From NCBI GenBank assembly GCA_038826135.1, contig JAWBON010000001.1:1-54811 (forward strand): a DNA stretch of 54,811 nucleotides, given 5' to 3'. Below, in pieces: positions 27,849 to 38,381 of this stretch (the first letter of the stretch is position 1; every line of letters begins with the position of its first letter). Source of the stretch: Candidatus Odinarchaeota archaeon. Its GTDB lineage: Archaea > Asgardarchaeota > Odinarchaeia > Odinarchaeales > Odinarchaeaceae. Below the pieces are notes generated by a model that was not told the origin of the DNA, made no database searches, and was given only the letters and a program-made list of their open reading frames with translations. The position numbers were made by a program, and so were the translations under genes.

Positions 27849-27988
27849 TTTTTAATTTCCGACTCGTTAATTTAAAATTGAATGAAACAGACGAGCCTGA
27901 TTACTATTCTTCGCAAGTGTTAATATATTAAATAATTGGTTATATCACCTACCTTAAATTTATTATTGTATTTTTTTAATATTATATT

Positions 27989-29197
27989 ATGGAATTAAAA
28001 TCGCTGGATGAAAAAACTCTTTTAGAAAGGGCTAAAAAACATATTTTTTCAACAGGTATAGGTGATGCTGCTTCAAGGCTGTGTCGTGAAAATACAGCTT
28101 ACGGGCTTGCTAAAATTCAGCTCGTCCAGGAGGAGTATGGTTTCGAGCCTTCAGCTACATTTATATCAACTCCTGATGAGACCGTCACTAGAAATGTTGA
28201 GAGATGGCAGAATGGTATAGGCTATGGTGGTAAAATTAGTTGGGGTGAAGGCTCTGATAAAATAATTTTCTTAGATGTTAAACCTAATTGTTGTGGAACA
28301 CTTGTAGGAGGGTTAGATGAGTTACCTGAGCCGGCGTATATTATCAAACATCTTTACAAGCTTGAATCGAAGGATTTTATTATTGACGGGATACCTGTTA
28401 AATGGGATTTTAATGTCGGGAACCATTTTATCGATGTTTTTAAAACATCTCCAGGGGCTAGTGTAGATTTACCTGAATATGTTTTTATAATTCATTCATC
28501 AGCCCCTGAGCTTAAAAGTGAAACACCTTTAGGTATGGGGCTGTATTATAGTAAAAGCCCTAGTTTAAGCCGGATTATGAAGACTGTTAAAACAAAATTC
28601 GGGGACGCTAAAATAGTTTTAGACGGTGATGCTGAAGCATATTATGATTTCTACAAGCTCTCTGAGCGTTTCTCCGAGCAGAAGAGGCTGCTGGCTGCTA
28701 AAGAGATATTCGGTGATTTTAAGCTGATCTCTAGTAAGACTCATCAGGGTTTATTAAACTTTAATGAGGCGGTTTTAGGTTGTCATTATTCGGATGATAC
28801 TGGTGGCGTACTGTACCCTGTTACTTTAAGACCTGATTTACCGGCTTATCTTATTGAAGCTAAAAAAAGTTTTTCGAAAAACATGTTAGAAGCCTTAGGA
28901 TTCTTTAATCGAGCTGAAGAGTTGGGTGTTTTAAACAGGCTTCTATCATTCAATTGTGTACCTCACGGGGGTGGATATAGTTTTCCAGACATGGTTACGG
29001 TGAAAGATATTATTAATATTCGTGGTGAAAGATACTTTGTTATGGAGCTTCAAAACGAGTTAGGGTTAAAGATTTTTAACAACCCTGGTGAGTTACAGTT
29101 CATCTACAGGGGGCGTCAGGTGGTTATCAGCTCTGTTGAATTGGAATTAATCGAGTTAAAAGCTAAGCTTATACCGGAATACGTGTTGAAATTATAA
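27989..29197 (+). CDS. divergent RtcB-like protein (putative metal-dependent RNA ligase fold); function unknown
   Basis: 402 aa. Same-order motif matches to RtcB: FLDVKPNCCG (DINCG), NVGNHFIDV (GSGNHFLEV), FIIHSS (HTGSRGLG), YYDFYKLSERFSEQKRLL (YfsamkaAaNfAwaNR), KTHQG (AHN) and CVPHGGG (CHGAGR). Confidence 0.45.
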   Translation: MELKSLDEKTLLERAKKHIFSTGIGDAASRLCRENTAYGLAKIQLVQEEYGFEPSATFISTPDETVTRNVERWQNGIGYGGKISWGEGSDKIIFLDVKPNCCGTLVGGLDELPEPAYIIKHLYKLESKDFIIDGIPVKWDFNVGNHFIDVFKTSPGASVDLPEYVFIIHSSAPELKSETPLGMGLYYSKSPSLSRIMKTVKTKFGDAKIVLDGDAEAYYDFYKLSERFSEQKRLLAAKEIFGDFKLISSKTHQGLLNFNEAVLGCHYSDDTGGVLYPVTLRPDLPAYLIEAKKSFSKNMLEALGFFNRAEELGVLNRLLSFNCVPHGGGYSFPDMVTVKDIINIRGERYFVMELQNELGLKIFNNPGELQFIYRGRQVVISSVELELIELKAKLIPEYVLKL

Positions 29198-29262
29198 TGC
29201 TTCAAATCCTCTATGAATATGTTTATTATTTATAAAGAATTTAAAAATAGAGTGGTGGTTCT

Positions 29263-29673
29263 ATGATGAGTAGCGGTTCTAGTATTGTAAGCGATATAAG
29301 AGATATACCGGGAAGCTCTTTTAAAATCCAAATAGAGAAAAAACCCAGCTCAGCTTTAATCAGAATATTACGCGGTTTGAAGGTGACAAAGGAGATTGAG
29401 ATTGAACGAGGGGAGTTAACCAAGAATCGGGTTGTCACAATCATTCAATCCGAATTATTTATGCCTATCTCTCCTTTCAAAATTATGAAAATTGTTGAAG
29501 AGCTTTTCAAAAATATTGAAGATAAAGAAAAACAGGCCGCCTCCTTGGAATCTCAAGTAACCCCTATGGAAGGTTCTCCACCCACTCCTGAAAAAGAAGT
29601 GGTTAAAGAAGCTGAGCAATCTACTTCGGAGGCCTCTGCTAGCAGCGATGTGAGTGAAAATAAACCCTGTTGA
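29263..29673 (+). CDS. hypothetical protein with acidic Ser/Glu-rich tail
   Basis: 136-aa ORF with a GGTGG SD 4 nt upstream of ATGATG. No family recognised. Confidence 0.45.
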   Translation: MMSSGSSIVSDIRDIPGSSFKIQIEKKPSSALIRILRGLKVTKEIEIERGELTKNRVVTIIQSELFMPISPFKIMKIVEELFKNIEDKEKQAASLESQVTPMEGSPPTPEKEVVKEAEQSTSEASASSDVSENKPC

Positions 29674-29736
29674 AATATCTTAAGCTTAAAGGCTTTTATA
29701 AAATAAAAATAGAGGGTTAGCCGAATACCGGCTGTT

Positions 29737-30936
29737 TCACTTCTTTGATTTTATGAACTCCTCTATTTTATCAAATGCGGTATTCAGCATTTCAGGTGGC
29801 GGTAGGAAAACCGTTCGGAAGTGTCCCTCACCGGTTCTCGGGCAGAATCCTGATCCGAACACAACCACCACGCCTGTTTCTCTGAGCAGCTCCATCACGA
29901 ACTCTTTGCTATTAGGCCATTTTCCTTTAAGATCTATTTTCGGGAAAGCGTAGAAAGCTCCTTTAGGGGTAACGCAGCTGACACCGTCTATTTCATTGCA
30001 TCTTTTAACAGTTAAATCTCTTCTAACTCTGAGTTTCCGATTCATTTCTATAAGATGGTCCTGCGGGCCTCTTAAAGCAGCTATAGCAGCGATCTGGAAC
30101 GGGTGGGGTGCGCACAGTCTCACTCTGCCTTCTTTTTCAATATTTTTTCTGAGCTCAGTTAGCTTGTCTTCGGGATCATAGAAGTACATGTAGCCTAGTC
30201 TCCATCCTGGTGCTAGGTAAATTTTAGAGAATCCGTTGAATCCTATAACCGGCACGTCTTTAGCTATTGAAGCTGTGCTCACTATCTTCTCATCAAATGT
30301 CATTCTATCATATATTTCATCGCTTAACAGCAGCAGGTTATATTCACCTGCGAGGTTGATTATCTGTTTTACAACTTTTTCCGAGTATAATGCGCCTGTC
30401 GGATTGTTAGGGTTGATTAATACTAGCATTCTTGTTTTAGGTGTTATCTTCTTCCTTATGTCATCGATATCTGGTTGCCATCCATTATTTTCATCGCAAT
30501 CGTATGTGACTGGTACAGCGCCGAAAAACTGGGCTATTGAAATATAAGGCGGATATGTCGGACCGGGCATTAAGACTTCGTCACCAGCTTCTGTGGCGGC
30601 GGCTATGACGAATTGTAAAGCCTCGGAGACACCGGTTGTGATAAGCACATCTTCAACCGCTAACCCGCTAATATTATTATATTTTTTCTCTTTCTCAACT
30701 ATTGCTTTTCTAAGCTCGTCAACACCGTTGGAGGCTGAGTAGCCGTTGTAACCTTCGTCGATAGCTTTCTTAGCAGCCTCCCTGAATACTTCAGGTGTCT
30801 TGAAATCATATGCTATAGGGTCTCCGATGTTTAAGTATATCATCTTCTTACCTTTCTTTTCAAGCTCCATAGCGACTGCAGCGACGTCTCTAATAGCGTA
30901 GGTTAAATTCTTCACTCTATTGCTTATAAAAACCAC
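29737..30936 (-). CDS. class I/II PLP-dependent aminotransferase (alanine/aspartate aminotransferase-like)
   Basis: 399 aa. Has LINPNNPTG, the PLP-lysine motif NGFSKIYLAPGWRLGY, and a C-terminal RTVFLPP. Confidence 0.88.
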   Translation of the reverse strand: MVFISNRVKNLTYAIRDVAAVAMELEKKGKKMIYLNIGDPIAYDFKTPEVFREAAKKAIDEGYNGYSASNGVDELRKAIVEKEKKYNNISGLAVEDVLITTGVSEALQFVIAAATEAGDEVLMPGPTYPPYISIAQFFGAVPVTYDCDENNGWQPDIDDIRKKITPKTRMLVLINPNNPTGALYSEKVVKQIINLAGEYNLLLLSDEIYDRMTFDEKIVSTASIAKDVPVIGFNGFSKIYLAPGWRLGYMYFYDPEDKLTELRKNIEKEGRVRLCAPHPFQIAAIAALRGPQDHLIEMNRKLRVRRDLTVKRCNEIDGVSCVTPKGAFYAFPKIDLKGKWPNSKEFVMELLRETGVVVVFGSGFCPRTGEGHFRTVFLPPPEMLNTAFDKIEEFIKSKK

Positions 30937-31073
30937 TTTTATACACCTCTTAGCTTCCCTTGAATTTTTTTACTGTGATAAAATTATAGTTTGCTTTTCA
31001 GTTTAGATTTTCAAAGATATTAGTATATAAGGCTTTAGTGTTTTCGCTGATAATTAAAAAATCAAGGTATTTT

Positions 31074-31451
31074 TCAGTGCGGGTGACCGGTTTTTTTAGC
31101 TATTAATTGAACGAAGATAAGTGTGAGGCTGATTAAAAATAATGTGCCTAATTGATACCCATTTAAAAGAGCGTAGCATTTTAACGCTATATCCCATATT
31201 AGCACAGCGGTTGTTAGATTATAGGCGTGGTCTTTTTTTCCTAAAAGATGTGAGCTGTTGATGAATTGAGCTGCTCCTAATGCGAAGAATACTATTCCCA
31301 CAATTATAGTGGATTCACCGGTTATCATAGAAATAGAAGGGAACATGATTATTATAGCACCGGATACTATGCTTAAAGCACCGAGAAAAAGCATGAATAA
31401 ACCCATTCCACTATAATATTTCGGATGTACATCCATAATCTTATATTCCAC
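31074..31451 (-). CDS. small membrane protein (4 TM)
   Basis: 125-aa hydrophobic ORF. No family recognised. Confidence 0.45.
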   Translation of the reverse strand: MEYKIMDVHPKYYSGMGLFMLFLGALSIVSGAIIIMFPSISMITGESTIIVGIVFFALGAAQFINSSHLLGKKDHAYNLTTAVLIWDIALKCYALLNGYQLGTLFLISLTLIFVQLIAKKTGHPH

Positions 31452-31547
31452 CTTGTTTTTGAACAGCTATTTGTGTTTTATGAAGGGTTATTTAATTGTT
31501 TCGAATACTGTCAGAGACTTTTAAACAAATTCTATGAGGTTTTAACT

Positions 31548-31781
31548 TTAAGGTCTCTTCCACTGATTATATGCTAGTTGAATATCCCTGCTGGTTACGG
31601 TTTTTCTCTTGGAATGGATTGATAATTCACCTGCTCTTTTAGCTATTTCTAAACCTATTTCCTCAAGTATTTTACCCAGCTCACTAGCAGCTTTCTCAGA
31701 AACTCTTTCAACTTTCGCTTTTCTTATTAACCTATCTAATGGTGCTAACGGTATTATTCTCTCAGCTTTCTCTTTCGGCAT
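31548..31781 (-). CDS. archaeal histone (HMf-type histone fold)
   Basis: 77 aa. IPLAPLDRLIRKAKVERVSEKAASELGKILEEIGLEIAKRAGELSIHSKRKTVTSRDIQLA aligns with HMfA/B. A TATATAAAAG box and an AAGGTGAT SD lie upstream. Confidence 0.9.
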   Translation of the reverse strand: MPKEKAERIIPLAPLDRLIRKAKVERVSEKAASELGKILEEIGLEIAKRAGELSIHSKRKTVTSRDIQLAYNQWKRP

Positions 31782-31901
31782 TCTATCACCTTAGCTTAAA
31801 TTTCTTTTATATAGTGGTTATAAATTTTCTTACTGTAACAGGGTTTTTAACTTTGTTGCCTAAGTTATACTTGTTAGATTATGTAAAAGTTTAGGTATTA
31901 C

Positions 31902-32438
31902 TTAGAATAAAAGCATTATTGAACCACCTAGTATTAATAATATGCCTTGTATTATGCATAACGCTCCAAGTATTATTGAAACCGCGGGGAAACCTAGTTT
32001 TTTTCCAATGAAATCTATTACTTCTTCAACTGCTTTAGCAAATATAAATATAACCGCCACTATTACTATGAAAACGGCTGCTATGATCCATGTGTTATGG
32101 ATGAAGCCTGATATGTAGAATGCAGCTACACCCCCCGCTCCCAGCGCTAGAAGACCCGCTAACGGCAGCTTAACCGTGGGAGCTAATGTTAAAGCTAATC
32201 CTGCTAATATGAAGATCACTATTGTAGCAGTATCCATGATTCCCCTGCTCCAACCGGACGCTACCACTATTAAATCTAAAATCCCTAATATGAATCCTAT
32301 CGCAGCTAATAGTTTAAGCTTCCACTTCCACTCTTCTTTACCCGCCTTCCACTCGAATATGTCTAGGAGAAGGATTACCCCTGAGGCTATTAATATAATA
32401 TTCGAGTAGCTTACAAGTGAGGATAATATATCCTGCAT
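31902..32438 (-). CDS. membrane protein (5-6 TM), unknown function
   Basis: 178-aa hydrophobic ORF. No family recognised. Confidence 0.5.
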   Translation of the reverse strand: MQDILSSLVSYSNIILIASGVILLLDIFEWKAGKEEWKWKLKLLAAIGFILGILDLIVVASGWSRGIMDTATIVIFILAGLALTLAPTVKLPLAGLLALGAGGVAAFYISGFIHNTWIIAAVFIVIVAVIFIFAKAVEEVIDFIGKKLGFPAVSIILGALCIIQGILLILGGSIMLLF

Positions 32439-32514
32439 TACAGGTCACCTTTAAGTTAATATTATATTTTAACAGTTAGCTAGTATAATAGTTATTCTAT
32501 TAACTAGTTTTTTA

Positions 32515-34176
32515 TTATTTATCTTCCGCCGGGTTTGTAAACTTATTGTAATAGTATTCAGCGTATCTTTTAAGGTATCCCGCTGTTTTTGTTTCCGGTT
32601 TAACCCATTCTCTTCTCCTTTTAGCTATTTCACTTTCACCAACCAGCAGGTCTAGTATCCTATTCGGGATGTCTATTCTAATCCTGTCGCCATTTTTAAC
32701 AAGGCTTATTGGTCCTCCTAAAGCAGCTTCAGGTGATACATGGCCTATGCATAAGCCTCTAGTCCCACCTGAAAATCTTCCATCTGTTATAAGAGAGACC
32801 TCCCTATCCATTCCCCTTCCCATAAGATTCGCGGTGGGGGTGAGCATCTCCCTCATTCCCGGTCCGCCTATAACTCCCTCATATCTTATAACTATAACAT
32901 CTTTAGGTTTTATTTCACCTTTACAGATCGCTTCAGTAGCCTCCTCCTCGGAGTTGAAGACTTTAGCCGGTCCCTCATGAACCATGTTCTCAGGGTTCAC
33001 CGCTGTCTGCTTCACCACGGCTCCTAGTGGGGCTAAGCTTCCTTTTAAAACAGCTATACCCCCCTCCTTATGGTAGGGTTTATCGACCGGTCTTATAATA
33101 TTTTCATCGATGATTTTGAAACCGTCTATCAGTTTCCCTAATGGTTTACCGGTGACGCCTACAGTGTTAAGGTTGAGTAGTTTTTTAAGTTGTTTGAGCA
33201 GAGCTGGAACACCGCCCGCTTTCTCCATATCCCACATGGTGTAAGGGCCGCCTGGTCTCAGATTTACTAGGTGGGGGGTTGTTCTCCCTAACCGGTCGAA
33301 TTCATCTATTTCTATTTTAATATTCAACTCCTCCGCTACCGCCGGTAAGTGTATGGTTGTATTAGTTGACCCCCCTATAGCCATGTCGACTCTAATAGCA
33401 TTTTCAAAAGCCTCCCTTGTAAGTATATCTGAAGGCTTTAAATTCTCTTTTACCAGTGAAATAATTCTGACACCCGTTTCATATGAAATTCTAAGCTTCT
33501 TCGCTTGAACAGCGTGAGCTGTTCCGCAGCCTGGCAGTGACATGCCGAGGGCTTCCGTAAGACAGGCCATAGTATTCGCGGTGAAGCATCCGGCACAGCT
33601 TCCAGGACCCGGGCACGCGGAATCCTCAAGTTCTTTAAGCTCTTCTAAACTCATTTTACTGTTTTGGTAAGCTCCAATCGCTTCGAAAACTGTTATTACA
33701 TCCGCAGGTTCTCCTTTAAACAAGCCGGGCATCATGGGGCCGCCTGTTATTACTATGCTTGGGATGTTTAATCTTGCAGCCGCTATCAGGTGGCCTGGTA
33801 CAATTTTATCGCAGGAGGATATGAGAACCATGCCGTCAAACTGGTGGGCTTGAACCATCAGCTCCACTGAGTCTGCTATTAGATCCCTGCTGGGAAGCGA
33901 CATTTTCATGCCGATGTGCCCCATCGCTATTCCATCACATATACCGATTGTGTTGAATTCTATAGGGGTGCCTCCGGCTGACGATATGCCTTTTTTAACC
34001 ATTTCGCTGAGTGTTCTAAGATGTATATGTCCTGGTACTATCTCATTCCAGGAGTTTACAACCGCTATTAGAGGTTTCTCCAGTTCACTATCAGTTAACC
34101 CGGTGGCTTTTAGGAGTGCTCTGTGCGGAGCGTGTTCAACACCTTTCTTAATATTGTCGCTTCTCATCTTTACCAC
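32515..34176 (-). CDS. ilvD: dihydroxy-acid dehydratase
   Basis: 553 aa. Has [29 protein letters not shown] and the [15 protein letters not shown] Fe-S region. Confidence 0.95.
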   Translation of the reverse strand: MVKMRSDNIKKGVEHAPHRALLKATGLTDSELEKPLIAVVNSWNEIVPGHIHLRTLSEMVKKGISSAGGTPIEFNTIGICDGIAMGHIGMKMSLPSRDLIADSVELMVQAHQFDGMVLISSCDKIVPGHLIAAARLNIPSIVITGGPMMPGLFKGEPADVITVFEAIGAYQNSKMSLEELKELEDSACPGPGSCAGCFTANTMACLTEALGMSLPGCGTAHAVQAKKLRISYETGVRIISLVKENLKPSDILTREAFENAIRVDMAIGGSTNTTIHLPAVAEELNIKIEIDEFDRLGRTTPHLVNLRPGGPYTMWDMEKAGGVPALLKQLKKLLNLNTVGVTGKPLGKLIDGFKIIDENIIRPVDKPYHKEGGIAVLKGSLAPLGAVVKQTAVNPENMVHEGPAKVFNSEEEATEAICKGEIKPKDVIVIRYEGVIGGPGMREMLTPTANLMGRGMDREVSLITDGRFSGGTRGLCIGHVSPEAALGGPISLVKNGDRIRIDIPNRILDLLVGESEIAKRRREWVKPETKTAGYLKRYAEYYYNKFTNPAEDK

Positions 34177-34177
34177 G

Positions 34178-35107
34178 TTAGTAGACTGGTGTAAGCCAGT
34201 GAAGATATTTTTTATTTCTACCGTTTACAGCCTCTAAGTACGCTTTCTGTATTTTTCTTGTTATCTCACCAGGTTTCCCATCACCTATGATTGTGGTGTC
34301 GATTTTAACAACAGGGGTGACTTCCCCGGCTGTCCCGCATATAAATACTTCATCAGCCCTGTATAATTCGCTTCTAGTGAGATCGGTGACTGTGACGTTT
34401 ATGTTGAGCTCGCTTTTAAATAATTGAAGTAAACTGTCACGTGTTATCCCTTCTAGAATAGATGCGTATAATGGTGGGGTGTAAACTTCACCTTTTCTTA
34501 CGACGAATATGTTCTCCCCTGTTCCCTCGCTTATAAACCCTCTTTGGTCGAGCATGATGGCTTCAGTGTATCCTTTTTCAACAGCTTCTAACCGGGCTAG
34601 GACGGAGTTGAGGTAGTTGCCGCATGCTTTAGCCTCCGGGGGTAAAGCTCTAGGTGAAATTCTCTCCCAAGAGGATACTAGGCAGCTGATCCCTTTCTCC
34701 AGTACTCCTTCACCCAGGTATTCTTTGAAAGGTATTACATATATGGCTGTGTTAACAGGGCTTTTCAGCGGATTCAAGCCTAGAGGCCCGTATCCTCTGT
34801 AGACTATTGGTCTTATGTAACAATTTTCTTTTATATTATTGACTTTTATTATATCTTTAATAGCTTGAGATAATTCCTCATACGTGTATGGTATTTTCAT
34901 CCTGTATACTTTAGCTGAATTGTAAAGTCTCTCTAAATGTGCTTTTAAACGGAATATGTGAACGTTTCCGTTGAAAGCGTACCCTCTAAGCCCTTCAAAA
35001 ACTCCTGTGCCGTAGTGTAATGCGTGAGTTTTAACATGGATGTTAGCGTCATCCCATTTCACTATTCTACCATCCATCCAAATATAATCCGCTTTTTCCT
35101 CGGACAT
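34178..35107 (-). CDS. ilvE: branched-chain-amino-acid aminotransferase (class IV)
   Basis: 309 aa. Has [31 protein letters not shown] and [10 protein letters not shown]. Confidence 0.9.
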   Translation of the reverse strand: MSEEKADYIWMDGRIVKWDDANIHVKTHALHYGTGVFEGLRGYAFNGNVHIFRLKAHLERLYNSAKVYRMKIPYTYEELSQAIKDIIKVNNIKENCYIRPIVYRGYGPLGLNPLKSPVNTAIYVIPFKEYLGEGVLEKGISCLVSSWERISPRALPPEAKACGNYLNSVLARLEAVEKGYTEAIMLDQRGFISEGTGENIFVVRKGEVYTPPLYASILEGITRDSLLQLFKSELNINVTVTDLTRSELYRADEVFICGTAGEVTPVVKIDTTIIGDGKPGEITRKIQKAYLEAVNGRNKKYLHWLTPVY

Positions 35108-35150
35108 TTTTAGCGCCTCTTTAACAGGAGGTTTAATTTTACGCGTGTTT

Positions 35151-36134
35151 TTACTCTAATCCTATTTCGCGTCTAAGCTGGGCTCCAATCTTCTCTATCA
35201 GCCTCTTCTCCTCTTCAGCTCGAAGCTCACTGAGTTTACGGGAACCTTTCTGATACTCCTCTATCCATTCTTTAGAGAACTGTCCGCTCTGTATTTCTTT
35301 TAAAATTTTCTTCATATCCTCTCTTGTCTGCTTGTTTATGATTCTAGGCCCTCTTGTAAGACCTCCGTATTTCGCTGTGTTACTGACAGCCTCCCACATT
35401 CCTTTCAAACCTTTAGCGTATATCAGGTCAACTATTAGTTTCACTTCGTGGAGGCATTCATAATACGCCATTTCAGGCTGGTAACCAGCTTCTACTAGTG
35501 TGTCGAAACCGGCTTTGATAAGCTCTGTTAAACCGCCGCATAATACCACCTGCTCTCCGAACAGGTCGGTTTCAACCTCTTCTTTGAATGTTGTTTCTAT
35601 AACTTGTACCCGTGTTAAACCGATAGCTTTAGCCATTGCTAGAGCTATTTTTTTAGCTGTACCAGAGTAGTCTTGAGCTACTGCCAGTAATCCAGGTACA
35701 CCGAAGTTGTTTAAGTACTCTCTTCTAACAGCTTTCCCCGGTGCTTTCGGGGCTATCATAATTACGTCAACATTGTTTGGGGGTATTACCTGTTTGAAAT
35801 GTATGTTGAAGGCGTGGCTGAATCCTAGAACCTTCCCGGCTGTTAAATTAGGTTTAATATCCTCTTCGTAAACTTTTTTCTGAGCTTCATCCGGTATGAG
35901 TATATGGATTATGTCAGCTGTTCTAGTAGCCTCGCTTATGGGTAGTACTTTGAAGCCGTCTCTTTCAGCAGCTTCAGCGGTTTTACCTTTTCTCAAACCT
36001 ATTATAACTTTAACCCCGCTATCCCTCATATTCATGGCTTGAGCCATACCCTGGTTTCCGTAGCCTATAACAGCTACGGTTTTGTTTTTTAAAATATTTA
36101 AGTCAGCGTCAGCATCCGTATATTTTTTAACCAT
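35151..36134 (-). CDS. ilvC: ketol-acid reductoisomerase
   Basis: 327 aa. Has VAVIGYGNQGMAQAMNMRDSG, LFGEQVVLCGG and ECLHEVKLIVDL. Confidence 0.95.
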   Translation of the reverse strand: MVKKYTDADADLNILKNKTVAVIGYGNQGMAQAMNMRDSGVKVIIGLRKGKTAEAAERDGFKVLPISEATRTADIIHILIPDEAQKKVYEEDIKPNLTAGKVLGFSHAFNIHFKQVIPPNNVDVIMIAPKAPGKAVRREYLNNFGVPGLLAVAQDYSGTAKKIALAMAKAIGLTRVQVIETTFKEEVETDLFGEQVVLCGGLTELIKAGFDTLVEAGYQPEMAYYECLHEVKLIVDLIYAKGLKGMWEAVSNTAKYGGLTRGPRIINKQTREDMKKILKEIQSGQFSKEWIEEYQKGSRKLSELRAEEEKRLIEKIGAQLRREIGLE

Positions 36135-36145
36135 TTAAACTCCTC

Positions 36146-36622
36146 CTATCTTTTCAAAGCTATTATACCGGATCTAACTATTTCCGTTACATATTTCTGT
36201 TCTATATGGTTTAGTATATGGTCTATCTCGCTGATGGGGCCGCTGATCTCTATCGCGTGTCCTTTAACATAGCTTACTAATGAGACGTTAGACTCCCTTG
36301 TTAACTGTTTGATTTGTTCAAGAATATTCTCATGGTGGTTTTTAAGTTTAATTATAACTAGCTCTCTGACAACAGCCTCCTCAGCTCTTAGCTGAGTTAT
36401 TTTTTTAACAGATATCAGCCTGCTTAATAGGTTTCTCATAAACTTTGCTTTCTTAGGGTCTGCGTCAAATGACATTATTATTCGCGCTGTTCTCTCACTG
36501 AGCTCTGATGGCCCTACTGAGATTCTAGATATGTTGACAGCTCTTCTGCTGAATATGGAGACTACTCTCTGCATTACACCAGGCTCGTCGTCAACTATAA
36601 GTGAAAATATGTAATGTGGCAT
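36146..36622 (-). CDS. ilvN: acetolactate synthase small (regulatory) subunit
   Basis: 158 aa. The ACT domain start is SLIVDDEPGVMQRVVSIFSRRAVNISRISVG. Confidence 0.85.
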   Translation of the reverse strand: MPHYIFSLIVDDEPGVMQRVVSIFSRRAVNISRISVGPSELSERTARIIMSFDADPKKAKFMRNLLSRLISVKKITQLRAEEAVVRELVIIKLKNHHENILEQIKQLTRESNVSLVSYVKGHAIEISGPISEIDHILNHIEQKYVTEIVRSGIIALKR

Positions 36623-36626
36623 CTTA

Positions 36627-38312
36627 TCACCCTATCATTTTATCGATCTGCCCCCCCGGTCTTACCATGGGGAAAACGTTGCATTCCCGGTCCACTTCAA
36701 AATCTATGACGGTTGTTTCACCTGATTTTATCGCCTCTATAAAGGCTTCCTCTATCTCAGAGCATCTGGTTACTTTAATACCTTTAGCACCGAACGCTTC
36801 AGCTAGCTTAACGAAATTTGTTTTCTCCCCTAGGAACGTGTAAGAATATCTTTTCTCATAGAATAACTCCTGCCATTGTCTAACCATTCCAAGATACCGA
36901 TTGTTTATTATAGCCGCTATTACTGGTATATTATTCTCCACCGCGGTTGCCAGTTCATGGCATACCATTAGGAAGCTACCGTCACCTGCAACATCTATAA
37001 CGGTACTGTCGGGTTTAGCTGCTTTAGCTCCTATAGAGGCTGGTAGACCGAAGCCCATTGTGCCTTGGCCGCCTGACCATATCACGGTTCTAGGTTTTTT
37101 AGGCTTATAGTATAAGGCGGTCCACATTTCACATTGACCGACCTCTGTGACGACTATGTCGTTTTCCTTTAGAATCGAGTTCATCTTCTTTATTATAAGC
37201 GGCGGCTTTATCGGGTGGCTTTCCTCAGGTTCAGGCAGCGGATTATCTTTCACTAATTGTTTAATTCTATCCATCCAGGGAGTGTTGTGTTTCTTTAACC
37301 CGGTTGTCTGCATATAATATATCAGTGATTTAACTATTTCTTTAGCGTCTCCGATTATCGAAATATGGCTTTTAATATTCTTATCTATTTCAGAAGGGTC
37401 GATGTCTATGTGAATTATTTTAGCCTTAGTGGCGAAGGTTTTCTCATCCCCTGTAGCTCTATCATCGAATCTGCAGCCTACAGCTATGAGGCAGTCTGAC
37501 TCCATTAAAGCATAGTTAGCCGGCTTTGTACCATGCATCCCTATCATACCTAATGCTAGAGGATGATACTCTGAGATTGAACCTTTACCCATAAGTGTGG
37601 TAACCACTGGTGCGGGGAGCATCTCCGCGAGTGTTCTGATCTCCTCAGCTGCGTTTGAAATTATAACCCCGCCTCCGGCTAATATCACCGGTCTATCAGA
37701 ATCCATTATCATTTTAGCTATTTGTTTAATTCTTCTGAGACTTAGTATAGGAGTTTTACCTGTATAGAACTGCTTGTATAATATTTTTCTAGTAGCTTTT
37801 TTAGTTTGGACATCCTTCGGCAAATCTATATGAACTGGGCCGGGACGACCAGAGGTGGCTATGTCAAAAGCCATATTCATTATTCTAGGTAAATCGTTAA
37901 CGTCTTTAACTAGGAAATTGTGTTTGGTTATAGGTATTACGAGGCTGTAAAGATCCGCTTCTTGAAAAGCGTCTTTTCCAATGTATTGAACTGGCACTTG
38001 TCCTGTAATAGCTATTACCGGTGATGAATCAGCGTACGCTGTTGAGATACCTGTTAAAAGATTAGTAGCGCCTGGACCTGACGTTGCAATCGCCACTCCA
38101 GGTTTTCCGCTAGCTCGAGCGTAGCCGTCTGCTGCGTGAGCGGCTCCCTGTTCATGTCTAACTAATATGTGTCTGATTGATTTTTCATCGTATAATTCAT
38201 CATACAGGGGCATTATAGCCCCGCCTGGCAGTCCGAAAACTGTTTTCACACCCCTGTTTTTAAGAACTTCTAACACTATTTCAGAACCGCTTAACATATT
38301 CAAAAAGACCAC
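36627..38312 (-). CDS. ilvB: acetolactate synthase large subunit (ThDP-dependent)
   Basis: 561 aa. Has VFGLPGGAIMPLYD and the ThDP motif GDGSFLM...NN. The track start is GTG at 38312; the ATG at 38297 (MLSGSEIVLEVL) is an alternative start. Confidence 0.95.
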   Translation of the reverse strand: MVFLNMLSGSEIVLEVLKNRGVKTVFGLPGGAIMPLYDELYDEKSIRHILVRHEQGAAHAADGYARASGKPGVAIATSGPGATNLLTGISTAYADSSPVIAITGQVPVQYIGKDAFQEADLYSLVIPITKHNFLVKDVNDLPRIMNMAFDIATSGRPGPVHIDLPKDVQTKKATRKILYKQFYTGKTPILSLRRIKQIAKMIMDSDRPVILAGGGVIISNAAEEIRTLAEMLPAPVVTTLMGKGSISEYHPLALGMIGMHGTKPANYALMESDCLIAVGCRFDDRATGDEKTFATKAKIIHIDIDPSEIDKNIKSHISIIGDAKEIVKSLIYYMQTTGLKKHNTPWMDRIKQLVKDNPLPEPEESHPIKPPLIIKKMNSILKENDIVVTEVGQCEMWTALYYKPKKPRTVIWSGGQGTMGFGLPASIGAKAAKPDSTVIDVAGDGSFLMVCHELATAVENNIPVIAAIINNRYLGMVRQWQELFYEKRYSYTFLGEKTNFVKLAEAFGAKGIKVTRCSEIEEAFIEAIKSGETTVIDFEVDRECNVFPMVRPGGQIDKMIG

Positions 38313-38381
38313 TCTCCGGTGGGAAAAATATTCTGGTTTACAAATAATAGAGGTGAAAAACCGCAGTTTTTATTTTGGTTT

